This document shows positions 31,470-44,200 of a DNA stretch of 64,000 bases, piece by piece. The DNA is from Escherichia coli (GTDB lineage: Bacteria; Pseudomonadota; Gammaproteobacteria; Enterobacterales; Enterobacteriaceae). Where the stretch lies: the NCBI RefSeq assembly GCF_003334305.1, contig NZ_QOWS01000012.1; one strand, 5' to 3'. The position numbers were made by a program, and so were the translations under genes. Position 1 is the stretch's first letter; every line of letters begins with the position of its first letter. The notes beneath the pieces are model-generated. The model saw only the letters and a list, made by a program, of their open reading frames with translations. It searched no databases and had not been told where the DNA came from.

Positions 31470-32099
31470 ATGCTTAAGCCAGACAACCTGCCCGTTACAT
31501 TTGGCAAAAACGATGTAGAAATTATTGCACGAGAAACACTTTATCGCGGCTTTTTTTCATTAGATCTTTATAGATTTCGTCATCGTTTATTCAACGGGCA
31601 AATGAGTCATGAGGTACGGAGGGAAATTTTTGAGCGCGGTCACGCCGCAGTCTTGCTACCCTTTGACCCAGTGCGTGATGAAGTTGTGCTGATTGAGCAG
31701 ATTCGGATTGCCGCATACGACACCAGTGAAACCCCCTGGCTACTGGAGATGGTTGCCGGGATGATAGAAGAGGGTGAAAGTGTGGAAGATGTTGCCCGTC
31801 GCGAAGCGATTGAAGAGGCGGGACTGATAGTCAAACGGACCAAACCGGTGTTAAGTTTCCTGGCAAGCCCGGGGGGCACCAGTGAGCGTTCGTCAATTAT
31901 GGTGGGCGAAGTGGACGCCACGACCGCAAGCGGTATTCATGGTCTGGCTGATGAAAACGAAGATATTCGCGTTCATGTGGTAAGCCGGGAACAGGCATAC
32001 CAGTGGGTAGAAGAGGGGAAAATCGACAACGCAGCGTCGGTCATCGCTTTGCAATGGCTGCAGCTGCATCATCAAGCGTTAAAAAATGAGTGGGCATAA
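31470..32099 (+). CDS. nudF: ADP-ribose pyrophosphatase (Nudix)
   Basis: 209-aa ORF with Nudix box region EAIEEAGL. Confidence 0.9.
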
Positions 32100-32522
32100 A
32101 TGAAGCGTTACACACCTGACTTTCCTGAAATGATGCGCCTGTGCGAGATGAACTTTTCACAATTGCGCCGTTTGTTACCGCGCAATGACGCACCCGGCGA
32201 AACTGTAAGCTATCAGGTGGCAAACGCACAATATCGGCTGACGATTGTGGAATCGACCCGATACACTACCCTGGTGACAATAGAACAGACTGCGCCCGCG
32301 ATCAGTTACTGGAGCCTTCCGTCAATGACGGTGCGTCTGTATCATGACGCGATGGTGGCTGAAGTGTGTTCAAGCCAGCAGATTTTTCGCTTCAAAGCGC
32401 GGTATGATTATCCTAATAAAAAGTTGCATCAACGCGACGAAAAGCATCAAATTAACCAGTTTTTAGCGGACTGGTTGCGATACTGTTTAGCACATGGAGC
32501 GATGGCGATTCCGGTTTACTAG
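32100..32522 (+). CDS. yqiB: DUF1249 protein
   Basis: 140-aa ORF starting one nucleotide after the nudF stop; synteny. Confidence 0.85.
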
Positions 32523-32546
32523 CGTCGTGAAACCTAAGGACACCAT

Positions 32547-33374
32547 TTGGAAAGCCTGTTAACCCTTCCTCTGGCTGGTGAGGCCAGAGTCAGGATTTTA
32601 CAAATTACCGATACTCACCTGTTTGCACAAAAGCACGAAGCCCTGTTAGGGGTAAACACCTGGGAAAGCTACCAGGCGGTGCTGGAGGCGATTCGTCCAC
32701 ATCAGCACGAATTCGACCTGATTGTCGCGACAGGTGATTTAGCGCAGGATCAATCCTCTGCGGCCTATCAGCATTTCGCTGAAGGCATCGCAAGTTTTCG
32801 TGCGCCCTGCGTCTGGCTGCCGGGCAACCACGATTTCCAGCCCGCGATGTACAGCGCGTTACAGGATGCGGGTATCTCCCCGGCGAAGCGCGTGTTTATT
32901 GGTGAGCAATGGCAAATCCTGTTGCTGGATAGCCAGGTGTTTGGCGTGCCGCACGGTGAGCTGAGCGAGTTTCAGCTTGAGTGGCTGGAACGTAAACTGG
33001 CCGATGCGCCAGAACGCCATACGTTGCTGCTGCTGCATCATCATCCGCTACCTGCGGGTTGTAGTTGGCTTGATCAACACAGCCTGCGTAACGCGGGCGA
33101 ACTGGATACCGTGCTGGCGAAGTTTCCGCACGTCAAATACTTGCTGTGCGGTCATATTCATCAGGAGCTGGATCTCGACTGGAACGGTCGCCGCCTGCTG
33201 GCAACGCCGTCGACCTGTGTGCAGTTTAAGCCGCACTGTTCCAACTTTACGCTGGACACCATCGCGCCCGGCTGGCGTACTCTCGAGTTACATGCTGATG
33301 GCACGCTGACCACCGAGGTGCATCGCCTGGCGGACACACGTTTCCAACCTGATACCGCTTCAGAAGGCTACTGA
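32547..33374 (+). CDS. cpdA: 3',5'-cyclic AMP phosphodiesterase
   Basis: 275-aa ORF with metallophosphoesterase motifs (GDLAQD, GNHD); only in-frame start is TTG at 32547. Confidence 0.9.
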   Translation: MESLLTLPLAGEARVRILQITDTHLFAQKHEALLGVNTWESYQAVLEAIRPHQHEFDLIVATGDLAQDQSSAAYQHFAEGIASFRAPCVWLPGNHDFQPAMYSALQDAGISPAKRVFIGEQWQILLLDSQVFGVPHGELSEFQLEWLERKLADAPERHTLLLLHHHPLPAGCSWLDQHSLRNAGELDTVLAKFPHVKYLLCGHIHQELDLDWNGRRLLATPSTCVQFKPHCSNFTLDTIAPGWRTLELHADGTLTTEVHRLADTRFQPDTASEGY

Positions 33375-33955
33375 TGTCTACGCTTCTTTATTTACACGGT
33401 TTCAACAGCTCGCCGCGCTCTGCAAAAGCGAGCTTGTTAAAAAACTGGCTGGCGGAACATCACCCTGACGTTGAGATGATCATTCCGCAGTTGCCGCCGT
33501 ATCCTTCCGACGCGGCAGAGCTGCTGGAATCCATTGTCCTGGAACATGGCGGCGATTCGCTGGGTATTGTCGGTTCGTCACTGGGGGGATATTACGCCAC
33601 CTGGTTGTCACAATGTTTTATGCTGCCCGCAGTGGTGGTAAACCCGGCGGTGCGCCCGTTTGAACTGCTGACGGACTATCTCGGTCAGAACGAGAACCCC
33701 TACACCGGGCAGCAATATGTGCTAGAGTCACGCCATATTTACGATCTCAAAGTCATGCAGATTGACCCGCTGGAAGCGCCGGATTTGATCTGGCTGCTGC
33801 AACAGACGGGAGATGAAGTGCTGGATTACCGCCAGGCGGTGGCGTACTACGCTTCCTGCCGCCAGACTGTCATAGAAGGCGGCAACCACGCATTCACGGG
33901 CTTCGAAGATTATTTCAACCCGATCGTCGATTTTCTTGGTCTGCACCATCTCTGA
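33374..33955 (+). CDS. yqiA: Alpha/beta-hydrolase esterase
   Basis: 193-aa ORF, start overlaps cpdA stop; GSSLGG nucleophile elbow. Confidence 0.9.
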   Translation: MSTLLYLHGFNSSPRSAKASLLKNWLAEHHPDVEMIIPQLPPYPSDAAELLESIVLEHGGDSLGIVGSSLGGYYATWLSQCFMLPAVVVNPAVRPFELLTDYLGQNENPYTGQQYVLESRHIYDLKVMQIDPLEAPDLIWLLQQTGDEVLDYRQAVAYYASCRQTVIEGGNHAFTGFEDYFNPIVDFLGLHHL

Positions 33956-33980
33956 CGATCAACTCGAATTGCTAACTTAA

Positions 33981-35876
<1,896 letters not shown>

Positions 35877-35885
35877 TAATCTTTA

Positions 35886-35915
35886 CCCGGCAAACATGTG
35901 TTTTGCCGGGTTGTC
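35886..35915. terminator. parE terminator hairpin at island boundary
   Basis: cccggcaaa/tttgccggg 9-bp stem immediately after parE stop. Confidence 0.6.
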
Positions 35916-35920
35916 GCTGA

Positions 35921-36790
35921 TTATTTTATTGGGCACAGTTTGTTACGATCTGGAAATAGTGTTGCCAGCGAACCAGCCAGAGTTTTCCAGTCCGTAGCCA
36001 TTTTTTCTGCTTGTGCAGTTGTTATTACTGCACCTTGTTGTTTAATAAGCTCATCCTCCACTCTGGTATAGTGAATAATGGTAAAATCCGTAGAGGACCA
36101 TTTATCCTTAGAGAACATCTTCGTCATCGCATGAATGTTTGCTTGCCCGTCATCGATAAAAACAATCGCGTCATATTTGTTCCCCATTTTATCCAGCATA
36201 TAATCGAGAATTACGCCTTTATCTTGCCCGGAAGAAAAAAATACCCCCTGGCTGTACAGCCATGACCGTTTGAGTTTCCCTTTTTCAAAGGGTGGCAAAG
36301 TATCCTCTTTCTTCCTGAGTGCGGAAGACGAAAAATCAATGCCGTTTCGCTTTAATTCCCGCAATGTCGGAAAGAGAGTATCCGGTGCACGGGATGTCAG
36401 AGCAAAAGCGGTATGCTTTTGTTGCCACTGTTTTAACATTGTCGGTAACTGTGGCTCGGTAAGCTGCATAGGGCTAAGTTCGTAAAGCATACTGATTGTA
36501 TTTTCATACAGGCAGGGAACTTTTTGCGAGTCATCCGGCTTTAAGGGCAATTTATCGGTTTACCATTGATACCAGATATCACCGCCAATGCGTGTGCCAC
36601 TCGTTAATAACGTATTATCAATGTCAAAAACCAATAATATCTTATCGGATGGATAGAGAGTTTCCTTTTCGGTGATAATTTTACTGACCGCACTATATTC
36701 GCCAGTAACTATATTTTTTACCTGTGCGTAAGATAAAGCTGGCAGAGCAGAGAGTATCATCCAGAGAATGATTTTAAATTTATTATTCAT
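35921..36790 (-). pseudogene. Secreted HAD-superfamily phosphatase-like gene interrupted by one in-frame TAA
   Basis: ORFs 36560-36790 (signal peptide, FDIDNTLL motif) and 35921-36550 (FIDDG motif) are in the same frame; TAA at 36562-36560. Confidence 0.55.
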
Positions 36791-36803
36791 TTTTTATTCC
36801 AGA

Positions 36804-37538
36804 TTAGAAAGTATAAGTCAGACCCCAGCGCCAGCGGATTTGGCGATTACTTGATGTTTTATCCACACCTTTATAATCCGCAATACTCATATAGGGTATC
36901 CACGATCCCATTTTGTACCCTACTTTAAATGATGCGGTATAGTTTTTATGGCCATCATTCCAGGTTAAATAACCATTATTGTAATAGACCAGGTTTAACT
37001 GATATTGGAAGTTGGTTTTTTGTGGTCGATAGTCGATCCACACATCGTAACGGCGGTTATTACGATCATCGTTGCCATAACCTTTGGATTTATCGGTAGC
37101 TTTATCCATGTCATAACGAAAACGACCCGAAACTTTCCATTCTTTGCTGAAATCATAACCCGCAGAAAGACCATATTCGTAAGTTGACCAATATTGCGTG
37201 GTATCAAGCCAGAACATGGGTTCTAACCAGAATTTTTTGTCATCCAGCGGCTTAAAGCGGTAAACAACAGATAATCCTGTTCCGTTATTGCCAAATTGTG
37301 AGGGGTCCCACTTATCTTTATCACCTTCATCGGTGTTATAGCGTAATTCTCCCATCAAACCGATACCATTACTAAAAAATGTACCAAATTCAACGCGGTC
37401 CGCGTGGGTGCGAGTATCATCAAGATACTCATGACGATAATCAATAAATCCATGCGGCTGTTCTGCACAGACTAGTGTAGGTGACAGGCAGGATAACATT
37501 GTTATTCCTGCAAGTGATATTTTAAGATAAGAATTCAT
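36804..37538 (-). CDS. Small outer-membrane beta-barrel porin, KdgM/NanC-like
   Basis: 244-aa ORF; signal peptide; alternating aromatic/polar strands; C-terminal TYTF with terminal Phe. Confidence 0.65.
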   Translation of the reverse strand: MNSYLKISLAGITMLSCLSPTLVCAEQPHGFIDYRHEYLDDTRTHADRVEFGTFFSNGIGLMGELRYNTDEGDKDKWDPSQFGNNGTGLSVVYRFKPLDDKKFWLEPMFWLDTTQYWSTYEYGLSAGYDFSKEWKVSGRFRYDMDKATDKSKGYGNDDRNNRRYDVWIDYRPQKTNFQYQLNLVYYNNGYLTWNDGHKNYTASFKVGYKMGSWIPYMSIADYKGVDKTSSNRQIRWRWGLTYTF

Positions 37539-37633
37539 AATATTCCCTTTCAGAATAAAATATATTTTTGGTGATCGAATACACCATCTGATGATTCCAG
37601 GTATTAGAATGTTTTTTTATCTATAGTTTGACT

Positions 37634-38758
37634 TTAAATTTTAAGTTTGTTTTCCTTATCAATGAATAGATAAAATTTCGTCTGTTGATGGGGCTGGAAA
37701 TTATTATCAGATACAAATATTAACGATGTATGCCCATCAATCAGAGGACCGAAGGTTACCCCTTCAATACAATCCGCAGAGGAAGTGTAATCAGCAAAAT
37801 CAATTAATAATTTTTTACTGACGGGTTGTAACGTGGATTTATTGGACCAATCTTGCAGACTGTCAATATCCTTGATATCGCTGGCAGCAGTTAAATCGAC
37901 CATATAAACTCTGACAGAGTAATCCCAGTCATTGAACCCAGCACTGACGTTTCTGCCGGAACGTTCGATGACCAACAATTGGTGATCATTCAGCGCCAGG
38001 ACCTCGGATACGCCATTATCATTAATACCGAACTTACTCACTTGCGGAACAGGATCAGTAATATAGAGATATTCATGCAATTGCTTTGAAGGTCGACCGT
38101 CTGCATCTATAGAAAATTGCAGTAAGCGTGATGTACCTGAATTTATTGGACTTGCAATAGGCCCATCCTGTTTAAGGCTGCTTTCAACGGCGATAAAAAG
38201 TGATTTTCCATCTGGTGTAACTGTCAGGCCCTCCCAGGCGTTGCCGCTGCGAATACCATTGCTGCTCTCTTTGTCAGAACTAATATTAAATCGAGCAGGA
38301 AATAAAGACGTAAAATCTTTCTCCATTACGCCATCGAGAGTGCTCAGACGCAGTGGAGCACCTAACTCCGAACTCCATAGTAATGACTTACCATTGTGTG
38401 TCAGGGCCAGACCTTCGGCATCCACCGTATTGGTCACGAAAGGCTGCTGTTTTGCATCAAGCAGTGGACGCTGGTTGAGAAAATTCACTTGCTCAATGCC
38501 CCTGGATGATACCTGTATTTTTAGTGTATAAAGACTGGCATCTCCTTCTTTATTATTGTTTCTGCTATCGTTAATAGCATAGAAAATATTTTTTTTTGCA
38601 TCAAATGTGATGGCTGATAGCCCCGCGATTGTAACATTGTTCTGTTTTTCTCCCGTCCGGAAGTTGAACTCACCAGCATAATGAAGAAAACTGTTTGCCT
38701 GCGCTGTTGTGCATAACAGCGGTAATGCCAGAAAAATAGCGGCATGTCTTATTTTCAT
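37634..38758 (-). CDS. Secreted protein, beta-propeller-like (phytase-like/esterase-like family guess), function unknown
   Basis: 374-aa ORF; signal peptide MKIRHAAIFLALPLLCTTAQA; repeated EGL..T.DGKSL blade-like motifs. Confidence 0.55.
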   Translation of the reverse strand: MKIRHAAIFLALPLLCTTAQANSFLHYAGEFNFRTGEKQNNVTIAGLSAITFDAKKNIFYAINDSRNNNKEGDASLYTLKIQVSSRGIEQVNFLNQRPLLDAKQQPFVTNTVDAEGLALTHNGKSLLWSSELGAPLRLSTLDGVMEKDFTSLFPARFNISSDKESSNGIRSGNAWEGLTVTPDGKSLFIAVESSLKQDGPIASPINSGTSRLLQFSIDADGRPSKQLHEYLYITDPVPQVSKFGINDNGVSEVLALNDHQLLVIERSGRNVSAGFNDWDYSVRVYMVDLTAASDIKDIDSLQDWSNKSTLQPVSKKLLIDFADYTSSADCIEGVTFGPLIDGHTSLIFVSDNNFQPHQQTKFYLFIDKENKLKI

Positions 38759-38787
38759 GATATTTACCTTTGTGTATGTATCTGATT

Positions 38788-39702
38788 TTAGTCGTGTTGT
38801 GAAAGAAAAAGATTAACTTCCGATGGTGTCGCCAGATGACCTCTGGCACCTAATGCAGTAATATTTATTGCTGCAGTGGCAGAAGCAAATTTTAGTGCTT
38901 CAATTAAGGGCATGTTTTTTATTAAGCTATAAACAAATGCACCATTAAAAGTATCTCCAGCGCCAGTGGTATCAATAATGGGAATTGTATAGCTACCTAT
39001 TTTTACTTGCTCATTGCCTTTGACTGCAATTACTCCCCTAACATCCAGCGTAACCACGACAGCCTCAAGTTGATACTCGTCTTGTATATCATGCAGAAGT
39101 GTAAAATCTGGCTCTGCTGCATAGCCACGAATAAAACCGTCATAATTAAATATCGCAATATCAGCAAGGTGTAAAATTCTGGCAAGGTGTTCAGGTGTTG
39201 CAATGATATGAGGCTCAATATCAACGACAACTTTTGTCATCTGGCTACGGGAATATTCGGCCAGCATACGAAATTTCTCGATATCTGCTGGCATCGTATA
39301 ATAATAACGGCTTTGCGCAATTGCCTGCAGGGCTTTTTCTTTATCCCACTCATGATCACTACCAGGCGAGTAAACCAACGTTTTTTCACCTAATTCATCA
39401 ATAAAGATAATCGCGGTATTGGCAATCAATTCCGGAATTACCTGAACGAAATCACAATTTACATGATATTTTTTAAATCCATCAAGAATGATCGAGGCTG
39501 AATGATCATTGCCCACACATGAAACAGATACCACATTGAGACCCAGTTGTCCCATCGCACAGGCACTGTTGGCGACTGTGCCGCCAGCTTGTTCACCCAG
39601 ACGTGTCCCGACCACTTTACCGCCACGAGTGGGGAGTGACGGGATAGATAAAAAAATATCTATATTTCCACTGCCTAAAGCGGCGACATCAAATTTCTTC
39701 AT
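38788..39702 (-). CDS. PfkB-family carbohydrate kinase (ribokinase-like)
   Basis: ORF track 322 aa; start placed at ATG 39702 (MKKFDVAALGSGNID) with AGGGAG SD; C-terminal DTTGAGDTF motif. Confidence 0.8.
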   Translation of the reverse strand: MKKFDVAALGSGNIDIFLSIPSLPTRGGKVVGTRLGEQAGGTVANSACAMGQLGLNVVSVSCVGNDHSASIILDGFKKYHVNCDFVQVIPELIANTAIIFIDELGEKTLVYSPGSDHEWDKEKALQAIAQSRYYYTMPADIEKFRMLAEYSRSQMTKVVVDIEPHIIATPEHLARILHLADIAIFNYDGFIRGYAAEPDFTLLHDIQDEYQLEAVVVTLDVRGVIAVKGNEQVKIGSYTIPIIDTTGAGDTFNGAFVYSLIKNMPLIEALKFASATAAINITALGARGHLATPSEVNLFLSQHD

Positions 39703-39706
39703 AGTC

Positions 39707-40705
39707 TTATTTCTCCCTATGGCTAACGCGTTGCCCGCCTGCGTCGACATAATCACAACTTAAATGCCAGCACATTTCATATAACCACTGCATGACCAGA
39801 AATAAATTGTTGGACTCACTGGCATCAGGTATAAAACTGATTAATTCTGCTGTCGCTCCCTGTTCAACAATTGCTTTTTGGGTTGCAATGTAAAATGGGT
39901 ACTCGCGGGATGTAGCTGGCAGTAAAAAATAATGCTGACCGACACCAGCCTGATGTAAGCGTAATGAATGATAAAATTCTTCCAGTGGAAAGGCTGTCGC
40001 ACGAATCTGTGGGCCGCAAGAAAGTAAATTGCTCCCCGATATTGCTAGTCCCCAACTTAAGCCACTCCCCAGAAACGTTATCTCTTTTTGTTGGTAAAAA
40101 TGGCGCTTCTTTTGCTGCCAGTGCTGATTAATCTGGCTAAATTTCCCTTCTAAATCCTCTTCAATTTGCAGTGGTGTTAAGCCTGGACATAAGTTTTGCG
40201 CTAAGCGCAGGAGGGTATAAAGTGTGACGCTACTACTTTGCGTTGGAATACCCTGCTTATTCGCCCATGTATAGAGCATGTTTTCTGTTATTGCGCAAAA
40301 TGGTGTTCCAGGGCAATTCGTCACACCCAGCACTTGCGCGTTTGAGCATACTGCGTGGCTAAGGGCGTCAACGGTCAGTGATGGTCTGCCACTTGCGCTG
40401 AGAATAATGATCAACGTTTCTTTCTGATAACGGGTTAAATCAGTCTGAAGAAAATCCCACGTTTGCAATGCGGAACAAAACAGATGTGTGTATTTCCCCA
40501 GCCAGGCGGCGGCACATAGTGCCACCGTCCAGGAGTCGCCCGATCCCACTATACAGACGCGTTCAACAGCACGTTTATCGAGCTGAACAGATGAAAAACA
40601 TTCACCCCAGATAGCTGCCAAATGGCGTAGCGCTGCCGCCGTTGCATTTATTTCCTCACGAGTTTGCGCTAATGGCATAACAGGAGCACGGGCTGGCATG
40701 TTCAT
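39707..40705 (-). CDS. Tandem SIS-domain phosphosugar isomerase/deglycase-like protein
   Basis: 332-aa ORF; two SIS-like segments (CIVGSGDSW, ITFLGSGLSWG); start overlaps upstream stop as TAATG. Confidence 0.7.
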   Translation of the reverse strand: MNMPARAPVMPLAQTREEINATAAALRHLAAIWGECFSSVQLDKRAVERVCIVGSGDSWTVALCAAAWLGKYTHLFCSALQTWDFLQTDLTRYQKETLIIILSASGRPSLTVDALSHAVCSNAQVLGVTNCPGTPFCAITENMLYTWANKQGIPTQSSSVTLYTLLRLAQNLCPGLTPLQIEEDLEGKFSQINQHWQQKKRHFYQQKEITFLGSGLSWGLAISGSNLLSCGPQIRATAFPLEEFYHSLRLHQAGVGQHYFLLPATSREYPFYIATQKAIVEQGATAELISFIPDASESNNLFLVMQWLYEMCWHLSCDYVDAGGQRVSHREK

Positions 40706-41781
40706 TATTTCTCCTGTGCCTGTACTGCAAGCAATGTCAGACCCGATGCGATCGCTTCAACATCGAAATCTTTATTATTTACGGCGCGGAAAAAGGCATA
40801 TTTATCTTCAGGGAGCGCATCAAAACCGCGCCATGCCCCTGCAATTGCGCCTGCCATCGTAGCGATGCTATCGGTGTCATTGCCAATATTGGCGCAGGCA
40901 TGGATGGTTTCCCAGGGTTCTCCTTTGCAGTACAGCAATAGACCGATTGCCGCAGGAATGGATTCATGGGCGGCAACAGAGTTACCAACCAAACCTTCCA
41001 TTTCTCGCAGACAAGACTCCAGATCATTGGCACGTCTGGCGATGTCCGCTGCAAGTTGGATGCGCATGGCGATAGATGGCCCTGCTACACATCGTGCATA
41101 TTGTTTGGCCAGGCGTTCGCCGTAATTCGCTCCCCAGATTGCGGCATCCAGTAATGATGTGAGCGAGGCTTCTGGTAACATAGCCTGCGATGTCGCTGCA
41201 GCGATGGCGCAAGCGCTGGCAATCGCAATATTGGTGTCATGTGAAGGTAGGCAAGTTATTAACGCCAGGCGACACGCTTTTTCTTTCTTGCCAGGCCAGA
41301 TCAATCCTGCCGGGGCTACACGCATTCCTGCGCCATTCGTGGTGCCGACATTGGGGGCCTGACGAGAAGATGTTCCAATACGCCCAATGGTGTTTGTTGG
41401 TCTACCTTCTTTTAGTGCCTTGACGATTTGTTCTGTTGTGGGGCCTTTATAATTTGCGTAGGGCTGCATATCGGCCCAACGCAGAAGACAAGCTAACCAG
41501 TCATTATTGGTGAAGTTATCAAATCCAGCCTCAATTAACCCTTCTGAAAACACATACATTTGGCTGGAATCGTCGGTGATAAGTCCTGCAACACCATTTA
41601 ATGAGCCAGCAAAGGTATCGGCAGGAGGAGAAACAAAGGCATTTAAAAAACCTCCCCATTGAGTTTTTATTTCATCAATGCTGTAGAGTTCAGTCGCTGC
41701 GCCTAATGCATCGCCCATACCTGCGCAGGCTAAAGAACCTAATATTTTGTTATAAATTACGGCTTGTTCTATTTTGTTCAC
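40705..41781 (-). CDS. ADP-ribosylglycohydrolase-family hydrolase
   Basis: 358-aa ORF (GTG start with GAGAG SD); GSLACAGMGDALGAATE near N-terminus and GNDTDSIA near C-terminus. Confidence 0.75.
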   Translation of the reverse strand: MNKIEQAVIYNKILGSLACAGMGDALGAATELYSIDEIKTQWGGFLNAFVSPPADTFAGSLNGVAGLITDDSSQMYVFSEGLIEAGFDNFTNNDWLACLLRWADMQPYANYKGPTTEQIVKALKEGRPTNTIGRIGTSSRQAPNVGTTNGAGMRVAPAGLIWPGKKEKACRLALITCLPSHDTNIAIASACAIAAATSQAMLPEASLTSLLDAAIWGANYGERLAKQYARCVAGPSIAMRIQLAADIARRANDLESCLREMEGLVGNSVAAHESIPAAIGLLLYCKGEPWETIHACANIGNDTDSIATMAGAIAGAWRGFDALPEDKYAFFRAVNNKDFDVEAIASGLTLLAVQAQEK

Positions 41782-41794
41782 AATATTCTCTCTG

Positions 41795-42547
41795 TTACAC
41801 GCTAAAACTGTCTTTTGTAATTCGTGCTTTGTAGGAGTACCGACTTGCGGGATAAACCATCTCTACATACTCCATTGGTTTACGTTCCACGGATAACGTG
41901 ACGCGGGTACAACTTAATACGACGTCATCGGCAGTCAGTTCCAGTAATTGACGCTCAAGGGGCGAGGGAAGCCGGGCAGAGATAATCTCCGTTGCTTCTA
42001 AAGGTTTAATAGCGAGTTTTTCTTCCAGTAAAATATAGAGCGAACCCGTCGCCAGCAGCTCTTCCAGAGTTATTTCTTGTCCGTCATTTAACGCAAGCCA
42101 TGATGTCTGAATACCCAGCGGCGTACTTCCCATATAGCGAATGCGTTTTATACAGAAAACGGTATGGACATGGATATCAAGTTCGAGATTTTTTCTGATA
42201 ATATCACTGAGAGGAATATAACCTATTTCAAGAATATTCTGTGCCGGTACGCCACCACGAGCCTTAATGTCATCAGTAAAACTATGTAATAAATGATTTT
42301 CCCGACTGCGAGCCGGTAATGTAAATGTTCCTTGCCCGTGGACACTATGCAGGTATCCGCGTTGTTTCAAACTTTCTATTGCTTTCCGAATTGTTGTTCT
42401 GCTGCTTAAAAAATGTTCAGCCAGTTCTCTTTCTGTTGGTATAGCTTTGCCTTCTTTCCATTCACCGTTATCAATTTTTTTCTTTATTTCATCAAAAATT
42501 TCACGATGCTTTAGCTGACCTTTACTGGCTTTATAAATTCTTATCAT
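41795..42547 (-). CDS. GntR/HutC-family transcriptional regulator with UTRA effector domain
   Basis: 250-aa ORF; winged-HTH ERELAEHFLSSRTTIRKAIESL at N-terminus; first gene of minus-strand array. Confidence 0.8.
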   Translation of the reverse strand: MIRIYKASKGQLKHREIFDEIKKKIDNGEWKEGKAIPTERELAEHFLSSRTTIRKAIESLKQRGYLHSVHGQGTFTLPARSRENHLLHSFTDDIKARGGVPAQNILEIGYIPLSDIIRKNLELDIHVHTVFCIKRIRYMGSTPLGIQTSWLALNDGQEITLEELLATGSLYILLEEKLAIKPLEATEIISARLPSPLERQLLELTADDVVLSCTRVTLSVERKPMEYVEMVYPASRYSYKARITKDSFSV

Positions 42548-42833
42548 GACAAAGCCTCATTTCAAGTGGTTGATACCAACTTTACATTCTTTTATTTTTA
42601 TTGCGCAGTATGCTTATTTGTTATCTGTGACATAAAACAGGAAAAACCACATTTATTAATAAATATCATGCGGTTAAGTGAAATTGGTTTTTATGTGATG
42701 CTGCTCAATATTAACTCAGTGGTTTGTTGTGGTATCTACCAATGCATTTATTCTCAATCGTAAAGTTATGTGCTGAATGAGTTCCGATACATTTGTTTTT
42801 AATATAATTTCATGTGATTAATGAGTGCTGTGT

Positions 42834-44165
42834 ATGAAACTGACAATAAATGAAAAGATAGGTTTTGGTGCCGGTGATATGGCCATTGCGATAGTAATGA
42901 TGTCTTTAGCCATGATCATCACTTATTTTTACACGGATGTATTTGGTCTGAAACCCGTCGACTTAGGTATTCTGTTATTTTCTGTACGTATTCTTGATGC
43001 TGTGATTGATCCAGTTGTGGGAACAATGACAGACATAACGAATACACGTTGGGGAAAATATCGGCCATGGTTGCTTTTTATGTCAATACCGTTTGGGATA
43101 AGCATTTGGTTGATGTTCACCACACCTGATACCGATTATTCAGTTAAGCTTTTATGGGCCTGGGCTACCTATGTGTTACTTACCTTGACCTATACGTTAA
43201 TCGCTATTCCTTATGTTTCATTAATCAGCGTTATCACGGATGATCCACAAGAGAGATTGAGCGCCAATGGTTATCGTTTTGTTATGACAAAAATTGCCAT
43301 GTTCGCCGTAACAATTATTGTTCCTTTATCTGCAATGTATCTTGGGAAGAATAACGTACAACTGGGTTATCAAATAGCAATGGGGACAATGGGTATTCTG
43401 GCAACGTGTTTATGCCTGTATTGTTTTTTTAGCGTGAGAGAGCGCATCTACCATCCAAAACCCAGTCTCGGTATGGCCGCGCAGTTTCGGTTACTGATCA
43501 AAAATGATCAATGGCTCATTTTGGGCGCTGTAATTGCGATCATTATGTTTGGCGGGATTATTCGTAACTCTGTCGCTGCATATTATGCAAAATATTACCT
43601 GAGTGGTGGGGATGCTTTAATTTCACCGTTTTTAACTTCAGGCGTGATCGCCTCAGTTCTGGCTATGATCGCTTGCACCTGGCTTACTCGTCTCTATGAC
43701 AAAATAAAAATATTTCGTTATACCCAATTACTGGCGTTCGTGGTGGGTGGTGCGATGTATTTCGTGCAACCAAATTCTATAGTGCTAGCTTTTACATTTT
43801 ATATTGTGGTGACTTTCCTGACGGATATCCAGCTTCCCATTTATTGGGCATCCATTGCTGAGTCCGTGGATTACGGTGAAATGAAAACGGGGCAACGTGT
43901 TTCTGGCCTGGCATTTGGCGGGATTCTCTTTTTCCAAAAGTTCGGTATGGGGCTGGCAGGGGGCTTTATCGGAATCGCTTTAGCCTATCTGGATTATCAA
44001 CCAGGCGTAGAACAAACACCACAGGCGCTGTGGGGGATCTGCCTGTTAATGACGATCATTCCCGCGATACTTAACCTGCTTACCGGACTCATCATGAGAT
44101 TTTATCTGATTAATAATGAATATTACGAACAGATAAAAGCACGGTTACAAACGGCGGAAGAGTGA
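42834..44165 (+). CDS. GPH-family (MelB-like) glycoside:cation symporter
   Basis: ORF from GTG 42825; ATG at 42834; 12-TM profile; D..G...D..TNTRWGKYRPW signature. Confidence 0.8.
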   Translation: MKLTINEKIGFGAGDMAIAIVMMSLAMIITYFYTDVFGLKPVDLGILLFSVRILDAVIDPVVGTMTDITNTRWGKYRPWLLFMSIPFGISIWLMFTTPDTDYSVKLLWAWATYVLLTLTYTLIAIPYVSLISVITDDPQERLSANGYRFVMTKIAMFAVTIIVPLSAMYLGKNNVQLGYQIAMGTMGILATCLCLYCFFSVRERIYHPKPSLGMAAQFRLLIKNDQWLILGAVIAIIMFGGIIRNSVAAYYAKYYLSGGDALISPFLTSGVIASVLAMIACTWLTRLYDKIKIFRYTQLLAFVVGGAMYFVQPNSIVLAFTFYIVVTFLTDIQLPIYWASIAESVDYGEMKTGQRVSGLAFGGILFFQKFGMGLAGGFIGIALAYLDYQPGVEQTPQALWGICLLMTIIPAILNLLTGLIMRFYLINNEYYEQIKARLQTAEE

Positions 44166-44173
44166 AAATAAAT

Positions 44174-44200
44174 GGCCGGCAAGCAGCACCGGCCTCTTTT
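44174..44200. terminator. Intrinsic terminator between island transporter and ygiN
   Basis: ggccgg/ccggcc stem followed by tctttt. Confidence 0.65.

Noticed and set aside
36560-36562. In-frame stop in the HAD-like gene as selenocysteine or programmed recoding
   Set aside because: Codon is TAA, not TGA, and no SECIS-like hairpin follows; simple nonsense mutation or sequencing error is more likely.
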